A stretch of DNA of 64,000 nucleotides from Candidatus Shapirobacteria bacterium (GCA_041665485.1 JBAYIT010000001.1:8651-72650); one strand, 5' to 3'. Shown: positions 1 to 10,115, counted from the first letter of the stretch. A program made the numbers and translations. Notes: generated by a model not told the origin, from the sequence alone.

Positions 1-516
1 CATTCAATGTGGATGCAAATTGATGTGGTTGATGGTAAATTTACCAGCGGTAAAACTTTTGATCTAGAGCAATTGGCTAGCAAAGAGATCGTCAACAAGG
101 ATTGGTTGTTTGATGTTCATTTAATGGTAGACGATCCGGAAAAATGGATAAACAAAGCAATTATGGCCGGGGCCAGCCGAATCACCGGGCAAGTAGAAAA
201 AATGACTTCGGTGGAAAAATTTGTAGAAAAAGTAAGGGAATATAGAATTGAAGTCGGACTAGGATTTGATATTGAGACACCGGCTGAAAAAATTCCGGAA
301 GGGACGGACTTGATTTTATTAATGGCAAGGGAGGCGGGGTTTGAACCAAAAGAAATTGATGAAAGGGTTTGGGAAAAGATTGAGATGGCAAAAAAATGGG
401 AAATTAAGATCGGGGTTGATGGAGGAATAAAAAAAGAACATATAGCAAAATTAGAAGAAGCGGGGGTGGGTGTTGCTTATGTGGGCAAAGAATATTTAAA
501 TATAGTCAATGAATAA
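1..516 (+). CDS. rpe: Ribulose-phosphate 3-epimerase, 5' end outside window (partial)
   Basis: Translation matches Rpe landmarks (DVxDGxF near start, DVHLMV, ILLM, VDGGI). The RPE N-terminal ~35 aa are missing, so the gene starts upstream of the window. Confidence 0.6.
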   Translation, partial: HSMWMQIDVVDGKFTSGKTFDLEQLASKEIVNKDWLFDVHLMVDDPEKWINKAIMAGASRITGQVEKMTSVEKFVEKVREYRIEVGLGFDIETPAEKIPEGTDLILLMAREAGFEPKEIDERVWEKIEMAKKWEIKIGVDGGIKKEHIAKLEEAGVGVAYVGKEYLNIVNE

Positions 517-949
517 ATTAAGTGAAATTGAAATCAAAAAAATGATTGCGGTGGCTATTGAGGCCAGGGGAAATGCTTTTGCACCAAAGTCGAAGCATAA
601 AATCGGCGCCTGTATACTGACGACTGATGGGGAATATTTTGGCGGGTGCAACACCGAGGGAATAATATCCAGCCTTGGGGTGTGCGCGGAAATGTCGGCG
701 ATAGATCATGCAGTGGTTCACGGAAAATACGAATTTAGGGCTTTGGCAGTAGTGGATGAGAAAATTACCTACCCATGTGGCGCTTGCCGGCAGTATTTGG
801 GGCAGTTTTATCAAGTTAATGATGAAGATATCCCGATAATAGTGGCGAAAGAAAATGGAGAATATAAAATAAGTTCGTTACTTAAATTATTACCAGAGGT
901 ATTTTTGACAACAACTTTTAAAGAAAAAATTAGAGCGTTTAAAAAATGA
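509..949 (+). CDS. cdd: Cytidine deaminase
   Basis: Zinc-binding CDA motifs CAEMSAI and PCGACRQ. 146 aa, typical Cdd size. Confidence 0.75.
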   Translation: MNKLSEIEIKKMIAVAIEARGNAFAPKSKHKIGACILTTDGEYFGGCNTEGIISSLGVCAEMSAIDHAVVHGKYEFRALAVVDEKITYPCGACRQYLGQFYQVNDEDIPIIVAKENGEYKISSLLKLLPEVFLTTTFKEKIRAFKK

Positions 950-1527
950 TTAAAACAACAAAAATAATAAAGAGGGTGGCGATATTTGGTGATGCGGAGG
1001 CCAAAGAAACGGAGAAGTATTATCAAGACGCTTTTAAAACGGCCAAATTATTAGCGGAGAATGGCTACATAGTCGTCAATGGCGGGGGGCCTGGGATAAT
1101 GATGGCGGCCACACTGGGGGCAAAGGCGGGGGGCGGAAGAGTAGAGCAAGTAATAATGGACCCTAAAAAAGAGCCGGCCAATTATGAGGGGTCGAGCAAA
1201 AAATCAACCGAGTTTGCTGACTTAGTAATTACGACTGACACGTATCCGGAAAGGTTGAACAAACTAGTAGAAATTGCCGATGCTTTTGTGGTCTGCCGGG
1301 GTGGCACCGGGACACTGTCAGAAATGGCACTGGTGTGGGAATTGGCAAAATTTGAATATGGCCATCATGAACCAATTATATTTTTGGGGGAAGAGTGGAA
1401 AAAGATAGTTGAAGATATAATTAAAGGATTAAAATTTGAGGAGATCGAAAAGAGAGTAGTGACAGTGGTGGAAACACCTGAGGAGGTAATTAAATGTTTA
1501 CTTTTGGCTCACTCCGGGTCGTCGTAG
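946..1527 (+). CDS. LOG family (TIGR00730) cytokinin riboside 5'-monophosphate phosphoribohydrolase-like protein
   Basis: GGGPGIM and CRGGTGTLSE motifs of the LOG/YvdD Rossmann fold. 4-nt overlap with cdd suggests an operon. Confidence 0.75.
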   Translation: MIKTTKIIKRVAIFGDAEAKETEKYYQDAFKTAKLLAENGYIVVNGGGPGIMMAATLGAKAGGGRVEQVIMDPKKEPANYEGSSKKSTEFADLVITTDTYPERLNKLVEIADAFVVCRGGTGTLSEMALVWELAKFEYGHHEPIIFLGEEWKKIVEDIIKGLKFEEIEKRVVTVVETPEEVIKCLLLAHSGSS

Positions 1528-1733
1528 CAACCGCAGTTTTGACACCGGGAGGCAACTGTATTTTCGGAGATGTCCCTTTGTGGTAAAAAATAACAGACAC
1601 TGGTTTGCTGTCCACATAACGGGCAAGCCATGGTATCTAATTCCGTTTCTACAAGCCACTTTTGGACTTGAGTATTATTTTTCATATGATTTATTAATTG
1701 TTTATATTGATTATGGATTGGATAAATAGCCAA
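1509..1733 (-). CDS. Small hypothetical protein with CxxC...CxxC zinc-ribbon
   Basis: 74-aa ORF with CPLCG and CQNCGC cysteine pairs. No other support. Confidence 0.25.
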   Translation of the reverse strand: MAIYPIHNQYKQLINHMKNNTQVQKWLVETELDTMACPLCGQQTSVCYFLPQRDISENTVASRCQNCGCYDDPE

Positions 1734-1803
1734 TACTTGATATCTTCATCACAGGAAGGTCACTGACTATATTCAAATTACCGACTGATATAATAATGAT
1801 GTT

Positions 1804-2802
1804 GTGAGCGAAAAAATTTTGCAAGTGAGCGATCTGCCGATGAGTTTTAGGACAGAGGTAATGAGCGAGATTGAAAAAAAATTAGATAAGAATGATGGTT
1901 TACAACTAGTGGCCTTGCCTGGGATGGGAGCGTCGAGCCTTGGAATGCAATTAGCCTCTAATTTTAAGTTTAAATATCGGGTTAACTATGTAAATTTAAA
2001 TTTACTTTTGTTTGGTGATGGTGAAGAGCTACTTCTTAAACTTAAGAAGGGAACGAGTGGTAATGATCCGGTGGTTTTTTATTTGGATCCTTTTGACCGA
2101 TTGGCAAAACTTAACCGACCAGACATTTTATCGCTTTTAATGGGTTGGCGGCAGGAGAACTATGGAAAAATAAAGTATATATTTACACTGGAACAAGAAG
2201 TGACCAAGGCTTATGAATTGAAAAATTTAGAGCCTCTGATAAGTTTAATTGTTCAAGACAGGTATTTCTTACCACCACTCAACAAATCAGACGGAGGGTG
2301 GTTTGCTCGATCGGTGGCTAGTTTACATAAATTAAAAATAGAAAAGGAAGAGGAAGAGTTGATTTGGAAATTAAGTGGCGGACACATGCAACTAATAAAG
2401 CGACTAGTTTGTGCTAAAAGTCGCGGTGTTGTAATTGAGACAATGGAAAAAATAGCACCAACTGATAGCGATGTTATTTACCAATTGGAGAGGATTTTGG
2501 CAACGGGTAATTTTTGTTGTCCGGTTATGAATAACTATTTAAAAAGTAAATTAGACAAAAATGTGGCAGATAATTTAACTTGTTTCGAAGAAAAGTTACT
2601 CAAGTTTTTAAACCGGAATCAAAATAAAATTTGTAGCCGGGATCAAATAATTATGGCGGTTTGGGGAGAGGATGGGCTAGAAAAGGTAAACGATCATGCC
2701 TTGGATCAATTAATCCACAGACTAAGAAAGAAATTGGAGACGACTCCAAATTTAGGAAGACTGGAAATTATTAGAGGGCGGGGGGTGAAGTTGCAGGCAT
2801 AA
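1804..2802 (+). CDS. Transcriptional regulator with C-terminal OmpR/PhoB-type winged-helix domain and N-terminal ATPase-like region (GTG start)
   Basis: C-terminal segment IIMAVWGEDGLEKVNDHALDQLIHRLRKKLE...GRGVKL matches the trans_reg_C consensus. N-terminus has LVALPGMGASSLG, a degenerate P-loop-like motif. Confidence 0.55.
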   Translation: MSEKILQVSDLPMSFRTEVMSEIEKKLDKNDGLQLVALPGMGASSLGMQLASNFKFKYRVNYVNLNLLLFGDGEELLLKLKKGTSGNDPVVFYLDPFDRLAKLNRPDILSLLMGWRQENYGKIKYIFTLEQEVTKAYELKNLEPLISLIVQDRYFLPPLNKSDGGWFARSVASLHKLKIEKEEEELIWKLSGGHMQLIKRLVCAKSRGVVIETMEKIAPTDSDVIYQLERILATGNFCCPVMNNYLKSKLDKNVADNLTCFEEKLLKFLNRNQNKICSRDQIIMAVWGEDGLEKVNDHALDQLIHRLRKKLETTPNLGRLEIIRGRGVKLQA

Positions 2803-3691
2803 TCCAAGGTTGGGAGTTGGAGCGGATCTCAATGGGAAAATAGTCGATGGATGTGATGGCGGATCTGGTGAGAGTAAGGCGGGCGATTTGAGAATGGGAA
2901 GTTTCGTAGGACCAACTTTGATCGAAAATAAAATTACCAAAAGAGTAAAAAATGGGCTTACCTTGGTAGATTTCTGGCGCTTGCCAAACATGAGGGTGAT
3001 GGCCGTGAATAATATCAGCGCCGGCATCAATCATCTGATGAGCTAAATCCACCCGCCATTTTTCCGGTTTGGGCAGATACTCATTACCCCAATGGATAGA
3101 AACAATTAACCAATCAACCGACGGTTTGTATTTTTTAATGGAATCAATTATTTTTTGTGGGTCGGTTTGAGGATAGGTAATGAAATCGTAGCCCAAAAAG
3201 CCAAAAGTAATATTGTTAATGGTTTTGGTATAAAAATTGTCATAAAAATAATCAGTGGTGAGTAGGTTTTTGGTTTGATTCAGACCATCGAGGCCATAGT
3301 TAAGAATATGATTATTGTTAAGATTAAAAACAAAATTATTAAGATAAGGTAAAAATCGAGTGTCGCCACAAAAAGTAAAAGTGCCAGTAAGGCCTTGAGG
3401 GCAATTCTTAATAATCGGACTTTCAAGGTTGGCGAGAGTAAAATCGTTTTGACCAAGCCAAGGGGAAATGCCATCAAAGCTCCAAGAAAAATTGTTTTTG
3501 GATCTAGCAGTAGAAGTGATATGCCGGCCAAGGCCAAGATCACCGACGAGACCAATGGTGGCAATTTGGGTAATAGTTGGGGTTGGGGTGGAAGTCGGGA
3601 AAAAGGGTGTTGGAGTAATTGTTGGGGTAAGAACCGAAGAAGAAGGGAATAAAAGAGAGATGATGCCAACTAAAATAGCTTTTAAGGACAC
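2771..3691 (-). CDS. CapA/PgsA-family metallophosphatase (poly-gamma-glutamate/capsule synthesis-like) with signal peptide and Thr/Pro linker
   Basis: DWLIVSIHWGNEY...GADIIHGHHPHVWQ...FYSFGNFIFDQ is typical of CapA (YwtB). N-terminal hydrophobic segment followed by a TPTPT linker. Confidence 0.7.
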   Translation of the reverse strand: MSLKAILVGIISLLFPSSSVLTPTITPTPFFPTSTPTPTITQIATIGLVGDLGLGRHITSTARSKNNFSWSFDGISPWLGQNDFTLANLESPIIKNCPQGLTGTFTFCGDTRFLPYLNNFVFNLNNNHILNYGLDGLNQTKNLLTTDYFYDNFYTKTINNITFGFLGYDFITYPQTDPQKIIDSIKKYKPSVDWLIVSIHWGNEYLPKPEKWRVDLAHQMIDAGADIIHGHHPHVWQAPEIYQGKPIFYSFGNFIFDQSWSYETSHSQIARLTLTRSAITSIDYFPIEIRSNSQPWIMPATSPPAL

Positions 3692-3711
3692 AAGAAATTA
3701 TAATAGCTTTT

Positions 3712-4494
3712 ATGAAAAAAATCTTATTGGGGTTAATTTTGGCTTTCACTCTGTCGGGTTGTGATTTGCAATTAAAAAAGGCAGGGGTAGAAATAATCTC
3801 TAAACCAAGTGCAAAAGTAATCATTAACAACAAAGAAGCGGGGATGACACCGTATAAAAATGAGAGCCTAACTCCGGGAGTAGTGAAAGTAAAACTGGTT
3901 TTCGACAAAGGAGAATGGGAAAAAGAAATATTACTGGAAAAAAACGTAACGACGGTGGTTGATTGGGAAAATGAAAATCAGGGAAGTGGTTATATCTTGA
4001 GCCTTGAAAGAACTGGGGATAAAGGAAAATCAGGATTAATGGTCAACGTTGATCCGAACAAGGCAATAATAAGCGTTGACGGGGAGATTCTAGGGTACTC
4101 GCCAATTAAGATTGAGGACATTGGAGTCGGTGATAAACAAATTAAAATATCATTTCCGGGGTTTGGTAGCAAAACATTGTTTGTAAAAGCGAGAGCAGAA
4201 TATCGATTAGTGGTGGAAGCCAAATTAACAAAAGATGAAATTATTCAACCAACACCGACAATGGCATTAACTCAAACAGAAAATCCGGAAGTAAAGATGG
4301 TGACAATCAAAGCAACAGAGACCGGCTGGTTAAGAGTAAGAGAGGAAGCTAATAGTGGATCTAAGGAAAAAGCGAGAGTTAACCCGGGAGAAAAATACGA
4401 ATTAATAAAAAGTGAAGGTGGCTGGGCACAAATAAAATTGAAAAACGGAGAGAGTGGATGGGTATCGGCTAGTTATGTTGATAGCGGCGAATAA
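3712..4494 (+). CDS. Lipoprotein with PEGA-like and C-terminal bacterial SH3 (SH3b) domains
   Basis: Lipobox LSGC after signal peptide. C-terminus GWLRVREE...GWAQIKLKNGESGWVSASYV is SH3_3-like. Confidence 0.6.
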   Translation: MKKILLGLILAFTLSGCDLQLKKAGVEIISKPSAKVIINNKEAGMTPYKNESLTPGVVKVKLVFDKGEWEKEILLEKNVTTVVDWENENQGSGYILSLERTGDKGKSGLMVNVDPNKAIISVDGEILGYSPIKIEDIGVGDKQIKISFPGFGSKTLFVKARAEYRLVVEAKLTKDEIIQPTPTMALTQTENPEVKMVTIKATETGWLRVREEANSGSKEKARVNPGEKYELIKSEGGWAQIKLKNGESGWVSASYVDSGE

Positions 4495-5521
4495 AAAAGC
4501 TGAAAGAAATGATGGCAATGCCAATAAAAGTATAAAACTTTTGTTGACTATTGAGGGTGAGAGCAATGACACCAAGAACCAAACTGAAAGTCCAATAAAT
4601 GAGGGCAATTTTACGGCGACTCCAACCGCGATTTAAAAGATAGTGGTGGAGATGGATATTATTAGGTTTAAAGAGAGAATGATAACGAAAGATACGAACA
4701 GTCAAGACAAAAGTGGCGTCCAACATGGGAATACCAAGAAGAAAAATAACAGTGGCCAACTTGGCTCCGGAGAGAATGGCCAAAACAGAAAGAAAAAGAC
4801 CAGCCAAACTTTTACCGCTATACCCTGGCATAATCGATTGGGGGTAAAAATTAAAAGGCAGAAAGCCAAGATAGGCTCCGGAAACGGCCCCAGCAAGAAT
4901 TATGACAGGCCACTGGGTAATGTCGGCAGCATATTTAATACCAAGAATACCGATAAAAAAAGCAGAAATAGAGACGAAACCGGGAAGCTGACCTTCAACT
5001 CCTGCCGACCAGCCAACAATATTCATGCACCAAACTATCCAAAAGACGGCAATAAAGTCTGATAATATCCAAATACTTCTTGGGCCAAAAAGATCAAAAT
5101 AAAAACGAGGATGAGACAGATCAAGAACCCCGCCAAGAGGGTTACTAACGTAAGCGATGCCAATACCGGAAGCAACAACAATAAGGGCGGAAACCAAGTT
5201 GGTAAAGAGCCGTGTTTTAGGGCTTAAATCTTTAAGGTCGTCAATTAAACCAATGACCAGGGTTAGAAAAGCGGAAAATAAGATTGCTAAAAGATGTTTG
5301 TCACCGGGTAAGAATAAAAGCGAGGTAACTAAAACGGAGATAAAGATTGGCAACCCGCCACCCCGGGGTATGGGTTTGAGGGCAGTGGCGTTGTTGGTCT
5401 TCAGTTGCTTCTCCCGAGGATTTTCAATCCAACCATGGCTTTCAAAAAATTTCCGAGTTAATGGAGTTAAGAAAAAAGAGATGACAGCAGAAAGAAAAAT
5501 GGCAATAAATAATTGAGGCAT
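4469..5521 (-). CDS. Glycosyltransferase family 4 polyprenyl-phosphate sugar-1-P transferase (MraY/WecA family)
   Basis: Multi-pass membrane protein with GLIDDL motif and MraY/WecA topology. Confidence 0.7.
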   Translation of the reverse strand: MPQLFIAIFLSAVISFFLTPLTRKFFESHGWIENPREKQLKTNNATALKPIPRGGGLPIFISVLVTSLLFLPGDKHLLAILFSAFLTLVIGLIDDLKDLSPKTRLFTNLVSALIVVASGIGIAYVSNPLGGVLDLSHPRFYFDLFGPRSIWILSDFIAVFWIVWCMNIVGWSAGVEGQLPGFVSISAFFIGILGIKYAADITQWPVIILAGAVSGAYLGFLPFNFYPQSIMPGYSGKSLAGLFLSVLAILSGAKLATVIFLLGIPMLDATFVLTVRIFRYHSLFKPNNIHLHHYLLNRGWSRRKIALIYWTFSLVLGVIALTLNSQQKFYTFIGIAIISFSFFIRRYQHN

Positions 5522-5892
5522 TAGGGAAAGAGAGTAATTATCTTGATAATAGGAAAAAGGGAAAGAAGAGAAAAAATAAATGAAGTGGAAATAAGCAGGC
5601 GAGTGAGAAGATGATTTTTTTGGAAAATGAAGGCAAGAAAACTATTAATTAACATAATGGTAATAGAAAAGATTGGTAGTAGGAACAGAAGTGACGGCGG
5701 TGCTAACTGCGATTCTCCCCAAACCAAGGAGCGAAAAAGGGGAATTTGAGGAGGAAAATTGTTGAAAAAAATTATGATGAGAAATAAATCCAAGAAAAAA
5801 ATGAGGATATTCCAACGGAAAAGACGGGAAAGAGGACGATCCTGCCAGAACTGACCAATAAGAGAGAGGTGACTAAGAATTTGTTTGATCAT
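5521..5892 (-). CDS. Small integral membrane protein
   Basis: Hydrophobic 123-aa ORF, tightly packed between two glycosylation genes on the same strand. Confidence 0.35.
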   Translation of the reverse strand: MIKQILSHLSLIGQFWQDRPLSRLFRWNILIFFLDLFLIIIFFNNFPPQIPLFRSLVWGESQLAPPSLLFLLPIFSITIMLINSFLAFIFQKNHLLTRLLISTSFIFSLLSLFPIIKIITLFP

Positions 5893-7178
5893 AATTGATG
5901 ATAAATAAGAAGCGGGCCGATATTTTTTTCCAGATAATAATAACGGTTGATAAATTGATTAAATTCAGGAAAGGGTTCGGTAGCCTTGGCAACGACGATA
6001 AATTTTGGTTGATTAATTTTAAGGCGATTAATCAAATACTGGTAATCGTTAAACTGATCAACATGAAAGGTAGTAATATATTTGGTAGCGGGTAAACGGT
6101 TGGAGAGGAAATATATTTGAGGATAATTTCCCCAAACATAAAGAAGATCGTTGAGGTTTGAATTTTCCGAAATGAAATTGCTTGCTTGAGAAATTGAAGG
6201 AATATTTTGATCAAAATAAGAAGTAAAATCGGAGCGATAAAAACTTAGATAATAATTTAGAGTGGGATAACGGTAAAAATTAATAGGAAGGATGATAATT
6301 AAATAAGAAAGAAAAACAAAAATAAGGTTTGATAACTTAGGTGACCCCAAAACTAGACAAAAAGCAGGAACAACCTGAATAAGATAGTGGGGGTAGGGAC
6401 GTGAGGAAATTGTTGAAGCGAGGAGAGAGATAAAAAACCAAAGCAGTAAAAAAGAAGAATGGCGGTGGTAGCGAAAAAGAAAAACAACAAATAAGCCGAT
6501 GATGGCCTGGGAAAGAAAAAAATGACTGGACCAGGAAGAAATATAATTATAATTACTTAAAAATGCTGAGGAGATAAAAGAAAGAAGTTGGTGATTGAGG
6601 GCAAAATACACCAGCCAAAGGGAGATTGGGATGGAAAAGCCGAGTAAAGCACGAGGAATAACTTTTGGTTTAATTAGAAACAAAAAAAGAATAAAATCAA
6701 AAACACTTGGTGTTTTGAGAGTAAAGGCGAAACCAAACAGGAGGGCGGAGATAATAATTGACTTTTTCTGAAAATAGAGAAGAAAACCCAAGACTATTGG
6801 TAAAAGATTGATTATTTCGGCGTTGAAAATATTACCCTCGAGCAAGGGGATTGAGGTAAGGATTATAAATAGTAGAGTGGAAATTTTGGCTGATTTAGGT
6901 GATAAAAGCTTCTGGGCTAAGCGATAAAAAAAGAGAGTGGTGGCTCCCATCCAAACAAAAAGGAATAATTTGGCCTGAAAAAGAGAAGTAAAGAAACCAG
7001 AGAGATAATAAAGTGAGGGAGGCTTGTGATCAAAAAGTTGACTATAAAGGAAAAGCCCACGATTAATCCCCTGTCCTATAGCTAGATAGATGTTTTCATC
7101 AAGGTACCAGTATGGTTCAAAAAGAGAGGGTATCCGAAGAAATAAAAAAAGAAACAAAGCAACTAAAAAATATTTCAT
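5889..7178 (-). CDS. GT-C superfamily membrane glycosyltransferase (ArnT/PMT-like)
   Basis: Multi-pass membrane protein with DE motif (YLDENIY) in the first extracytoplasmic loop, as in GT39/GT83 enzymes. Confidence 0.5.
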   Translation of the reverse strand: MKYFLVALFLFLFLRIPSLFEPYWYLDENIYLAIGQGINRGLFLYSQLFDHKPPSLYYLSGFFTSLFQAKLFLFVWMGATTLFFYRLAQKLLSPKSAKISTLLFIILTSIPLLEGNIFNAEIINLLPIVLGFLLYFQKKSIIISALLFGFAFTLKTPSVFDFILFLFLIKPKVIPRALLGFSIPISLWLVYFALNHQLLSFISSAFLSNYNYISSWSSHFFLSQAIIGLFVVFLFRYHRHSSFLLLWFFISLLASTISSRPYPHYLIQVVPAFCLVLGSPKLSNLIFVFLSYLIIILPINFYRYPTLNYYLSFYRSDFTSYFDQNIPSISQASNFISENSNLNDLLYVWGNYPQIYFLSNRLPATKYITTFHVDQFNDYQYLINRLKINQPKFIVVAKATEPFPEFNQFINRYYYLEKNIGPLLIYHQL

Positions 7179-8680
7179 ATATTTTTGGCAGTAGTCTTGT
7201 ACTCGATTCTTTTGCCAAGCATTAACTTAGTGTGAGAATGGAGCCCAGGGAGAACAGACATGGTTAGAGTAGCAAGTGGCATAAGTGGCCATTGGAGAAA
7301 ATTGCGGAGAAAAACTTTAAGACCACGTTTTTGGGTTGGAGGGCGGAGTTGCCAGTCAAGAACAATGAGAATAAAAAGAGGAAGAAGACAGATAGTGAGA
7401 ATGACGTTGGAAATCTTAGGGAGATTGAAACCGATAGCGGTTTGAAAGAAGTTGGGATTCATAATTAAAGGAAGGGAAGTACCTAAAGTCAGGATAAACC
7501 AATTACTGGACCAAATAAAATGAGTCTCAAGAAGTTTGCCGATACGTAAAACTCTTCTGATCAGTGGAATTTCCGGATGGTTAACAGCCTGGGAAATAGC
7601 ATAGGGAATATCTATCGCCCCCCAAGCATGGCGTAAACATTGGTTATATCGGTTTTTAAGAGCAGAAAAATAGTTTATACCGTCGGGGGCGTCAACAAGG
7701 GTGGGTAGAAAAATTGGTTCAACACTGGCCTGACCTTGAGAAGAAAAGAAAGCTTGAAGAAAAATATGCCAGTCTTCAGGAATCATGTCAGTATCCCAAT
7801 AACCAACTTGGTTTATAAGGCGATAGGATGAGGAATAACAGGAATAATTAAAGAACAAACCGTCTGGTTCCTGGATGTTGGCAATATGAATAACATTTCC
7901 CATGGTTCCAATTATTCTGATTGGAGCCGGAACAGAGTTAATATTATGGTGCCAAAAAATGGGTGACTGCCAAAAACGGAAATAACGATCCGGCGATGAA
8001 GCAAAATGATAAGTTAGAGCAGAAAAATACTTGGGGTTAAAAACAGTGTCAACATCACAACTGGTCAAAGTAAGTTGATCCAACTTATACTTGCCAGTAT
8101 CGATAAAGTGTTTTTTAAAATATTTGGCGGCCCAAGCTTCATTGCTGTGTTTGCCGGCGGTTTCTCCGGGAATGTTTCCCGGATGTTCGGTAAAAAGTAA
8201 AAGGCCAAATGTTTTATCGTATTTTTTGGTAATATAATCAATTGTCTTTTGGTTATTTTCTTCCCCGGCTCTGGCTTCTTGGCCGATAACAACAATAATT
8301 TTTTTGAGGTCAATGTCAACCTGTTCTTTAAGGCTGGTAACGGCCATTTGATCAATGATCTCAACCGGCTCCTTATAGGAAGAGATAAAAACAACGTGAC
8401 GAATGTCATTGTATTTGAGCCAACTACTTCTAAAGTTAAGTCGAAAAAAATCTAACCAGTTGGTAGATTGAGAAGATTTAATTTTGAAATAACCAATAAT
8501 AGCTAAAATAGCTGATTTAAACGATTGGTAAAGCCAAAAAAGAAGAAAAGCGATAACAAAATAGGCGACAACACGGGGAATCAGCAATGACCCCCAAATT
8601 GGAAAAGTGATGGTTGTCCAGGCAATAATGCCGGGAATCATCTCAAAAAGACGGTATGTTTTGGAATTTTTATTCATCAA
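7175..8680 (-). CDS. Family 2 glycosyltransferase, processive type (cellulose/chitin synthase-like), membrane
   Basis: TM helices flank a catalytic domain with DVD (CDVDT) and QxxRW-like (QCLRHAWG) motifs. Confidence 0.55.
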   Translation of the reverse strand: MMNKNSKTYRLFEMIPGIIAWTTITFPIWGSLLIPRVVAYFVIAFLLFWLYQSFKSAILAIIGYFKIKSSQSTNWLDFFRLNFRSSWLKYNDIRHVVFISSYKEPVEIIDQMAVTSLKEQVDIDLKKIIVVIGQEARAGEENNQKTIDYITKKYDKTFGLLLFTEHPGNIPGETAGKHSNEAWAAKYFKKHFIDTGKYKLDQLTLTSCDVDTVFNPKYFSALTYHFASSPDRYFRFWQSPIFWHHNINSVPAPIRIIGTMGNVIHIANIQEPDGLFFNYSCYSSSYRLINQVGYWDTDMIPEDWHIFLQAFFSSQGQASVEPIFLPTLVDAPDGINYFSALKNRYNQCLRHAWGAIDIPYAISQAVNHPEIPLIRRVLRIGKLLETHFIWSSNWFILTLGTSLPLIMNPNFFQTAIGFNLPKISNVILTICLLPLFILIVLDWQLRPPTQKRGLKVFLRNFLQWPLMPLATLTMSVLPGLHSHTKLMLGKRIEYKTTAKNI

Positions 8681-8732
8681 CTATTTCTGTATATTATAAA
8701 ATAAACTAGAGGAAGACAAAAGCCTTAAACTA

Positions 8733-9518
8733 ATGAGAGTGAAAAACGACGATTTGGTCAATATAATCAAAGAGACAGTATCTCATGCCCACAAATATGG
8801 GCAAATATTAACAATGGACCAATTGGAGACGAGATTGATATCCCCTATCGCCTGGGAAAGGGAGGAGATAAGGAAAGTGGCTTTGAAGGAAAAAATAAAA
8901 TTAAAGACGGGAAACGGTAAAAACAGAGAAGCGAGAAGAAAAACTGAGTTTGTCAGGCAGATTTTTAGAAAGAAGTTTATAGAAGTAGTGCCAATCGAAA
9001 TGGTGGCAGTTACCGGTTCAGTGGCAGCAGGAAACCCGAAAAGCAATGATGATATAGATTTGTTGGTGGTGGCAAGAGCAAACAGAATGTGGCTAGTAAG
9101 GCCACTGATAACAATTTGGTTGCGACTAATGGGAGTTGGAGTAAGAAGGGCGGGGAGCAAAGAAAAGAAGGATGACTTTTGTTTAAACCTGTGGCTGGAA
9201 GATGGCTATTTATTGATTCCAAAGTCAAAACAAACACTTCAAAGTGCGATTGATATGGTCAATATGGTGGTTATCTATGATAAAAATAATGTTAGAGAAA
9301 AGATGACAAATATTAATTTTTGGGCAAAAAGCTTTCTGGCGACAGGAATAAGAAAAATAGCAGAAAAACAGAGTAAGTCATTGATATTTTCCAGTAATTT
9401 CATTTTAGATGGGTTGAATACATTGGCTTTTGTTTGCCAATATCAGTGGATGAGAGATAAAATAACTTCAGAAGTAGTTGGTAAGCATCAAGCTTTCTAT
9501 CATCCTGATAGAATATAG
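8733..9518 (+). CDS. Nucleotidyltransferase-domain protein (Pol-beta superfamily)
   Basis: GSVAAGNPKSNDDIDLLVV is the minimal NTase GS...D.D motif. Confidence 0.5.
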   Translation: MRVKNDDLVNIIKETVSHAHKYGQILTMDQLETRLISPIAWEREEIRKVALKEKIKLKTGNGKNREARRKTEFVRQIFRKKFIEVVPIEMVAVTGSVAAGNPKSNDDIDLLVVARANRMWLVRPLITIWLRLMGVGVRRAGSKEKKDDFCLNLWLEDGYLLIPKSKQTLQSAIDMVNMVVIYDKNNVREKMTNINFWAKSFLATGIRKIAEKQSKSLIFSSNFILDGLNTLAFVCQYQWMRDKITSEVVGKHQAFYHPDRI

Positions 9519-9524
9519 GGTGGT

Positions 9525-10115
9525 ATGCGACGAATTATATTTTCCTTGATATTATTGTCCCTTGGGGGGTTAATTCTTTTTTTGTCATTGGTAAGAGCCG
9601 GCTGGGAGGCAACAGTGATAAACAGAGATATTGGTGGTTTAAGGACAGAACCGATATTTTTTGAAGTGTTGGGGCCAGATGGAGGAGTTAACGAGAGATG
9701 CTACAAAACTCCTAACTCGGTAATATTGCCTGGTGGGCCAGCTTACCGACTAAAAGAATTGAGAGATTTCATTTGGTACAAATTAGCAAATAACCCCGTA
9801 GCCAAGTTTAGAATGGCACTGCTGATTGCCGACAAAAGAATAGGTGAGGCAATAAAGATGGAACAAGACGATAATTTTAGTGGGGATGATTTTGCAGTAG
9901 TAGCAAAAGAGGCGGTTGACTGGTTGTCAACAGCAAGCCGTTTAGCAAAAGACATTGAATCAAAAAATCAAATTAGTCAGGCCAGTTTAGCTTATCGCCA
10001 CGAAATAGAAGAAGCCAGAGTAAAATGGGGAAACAATGGTGTAGAATACCTCGAACTACTGAAAAAATTGAAAGCAATTGATGACCAAAATTTTGAAACG
10101 TCTAAAAATAACTAA
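9525..10115 (+). CDS. Hypothetical membrane-anchored protein
   Basis: N-terminal TM segment. No recognisable domain. Confidence 0.35.
   Translation: MRRIIFSLILLSLGGLILFLSLVRAGWEATVINRDIGGLRTEPIFFEVLGPDGGVNERCYKTPNSVILPGGPAYRLKELRDFIWYKLANNPVAKFRMALLIADKRIGEAIKMEQDDNFSGDDFAVVAKEAVDWLSTASRLAKDIESKNQISQASLAYRHEIEEARVKWGNNGVEYLELLKKLKAIDDQNFETSKNN

Noticed and set aside
3280-3908. Overlapping ORFs in several frames within and upstream of the CapA gene
   Set aside because: Products are repetitive or low-complexity, and they overlap a gene with clear homology. Likely non-coding frames.
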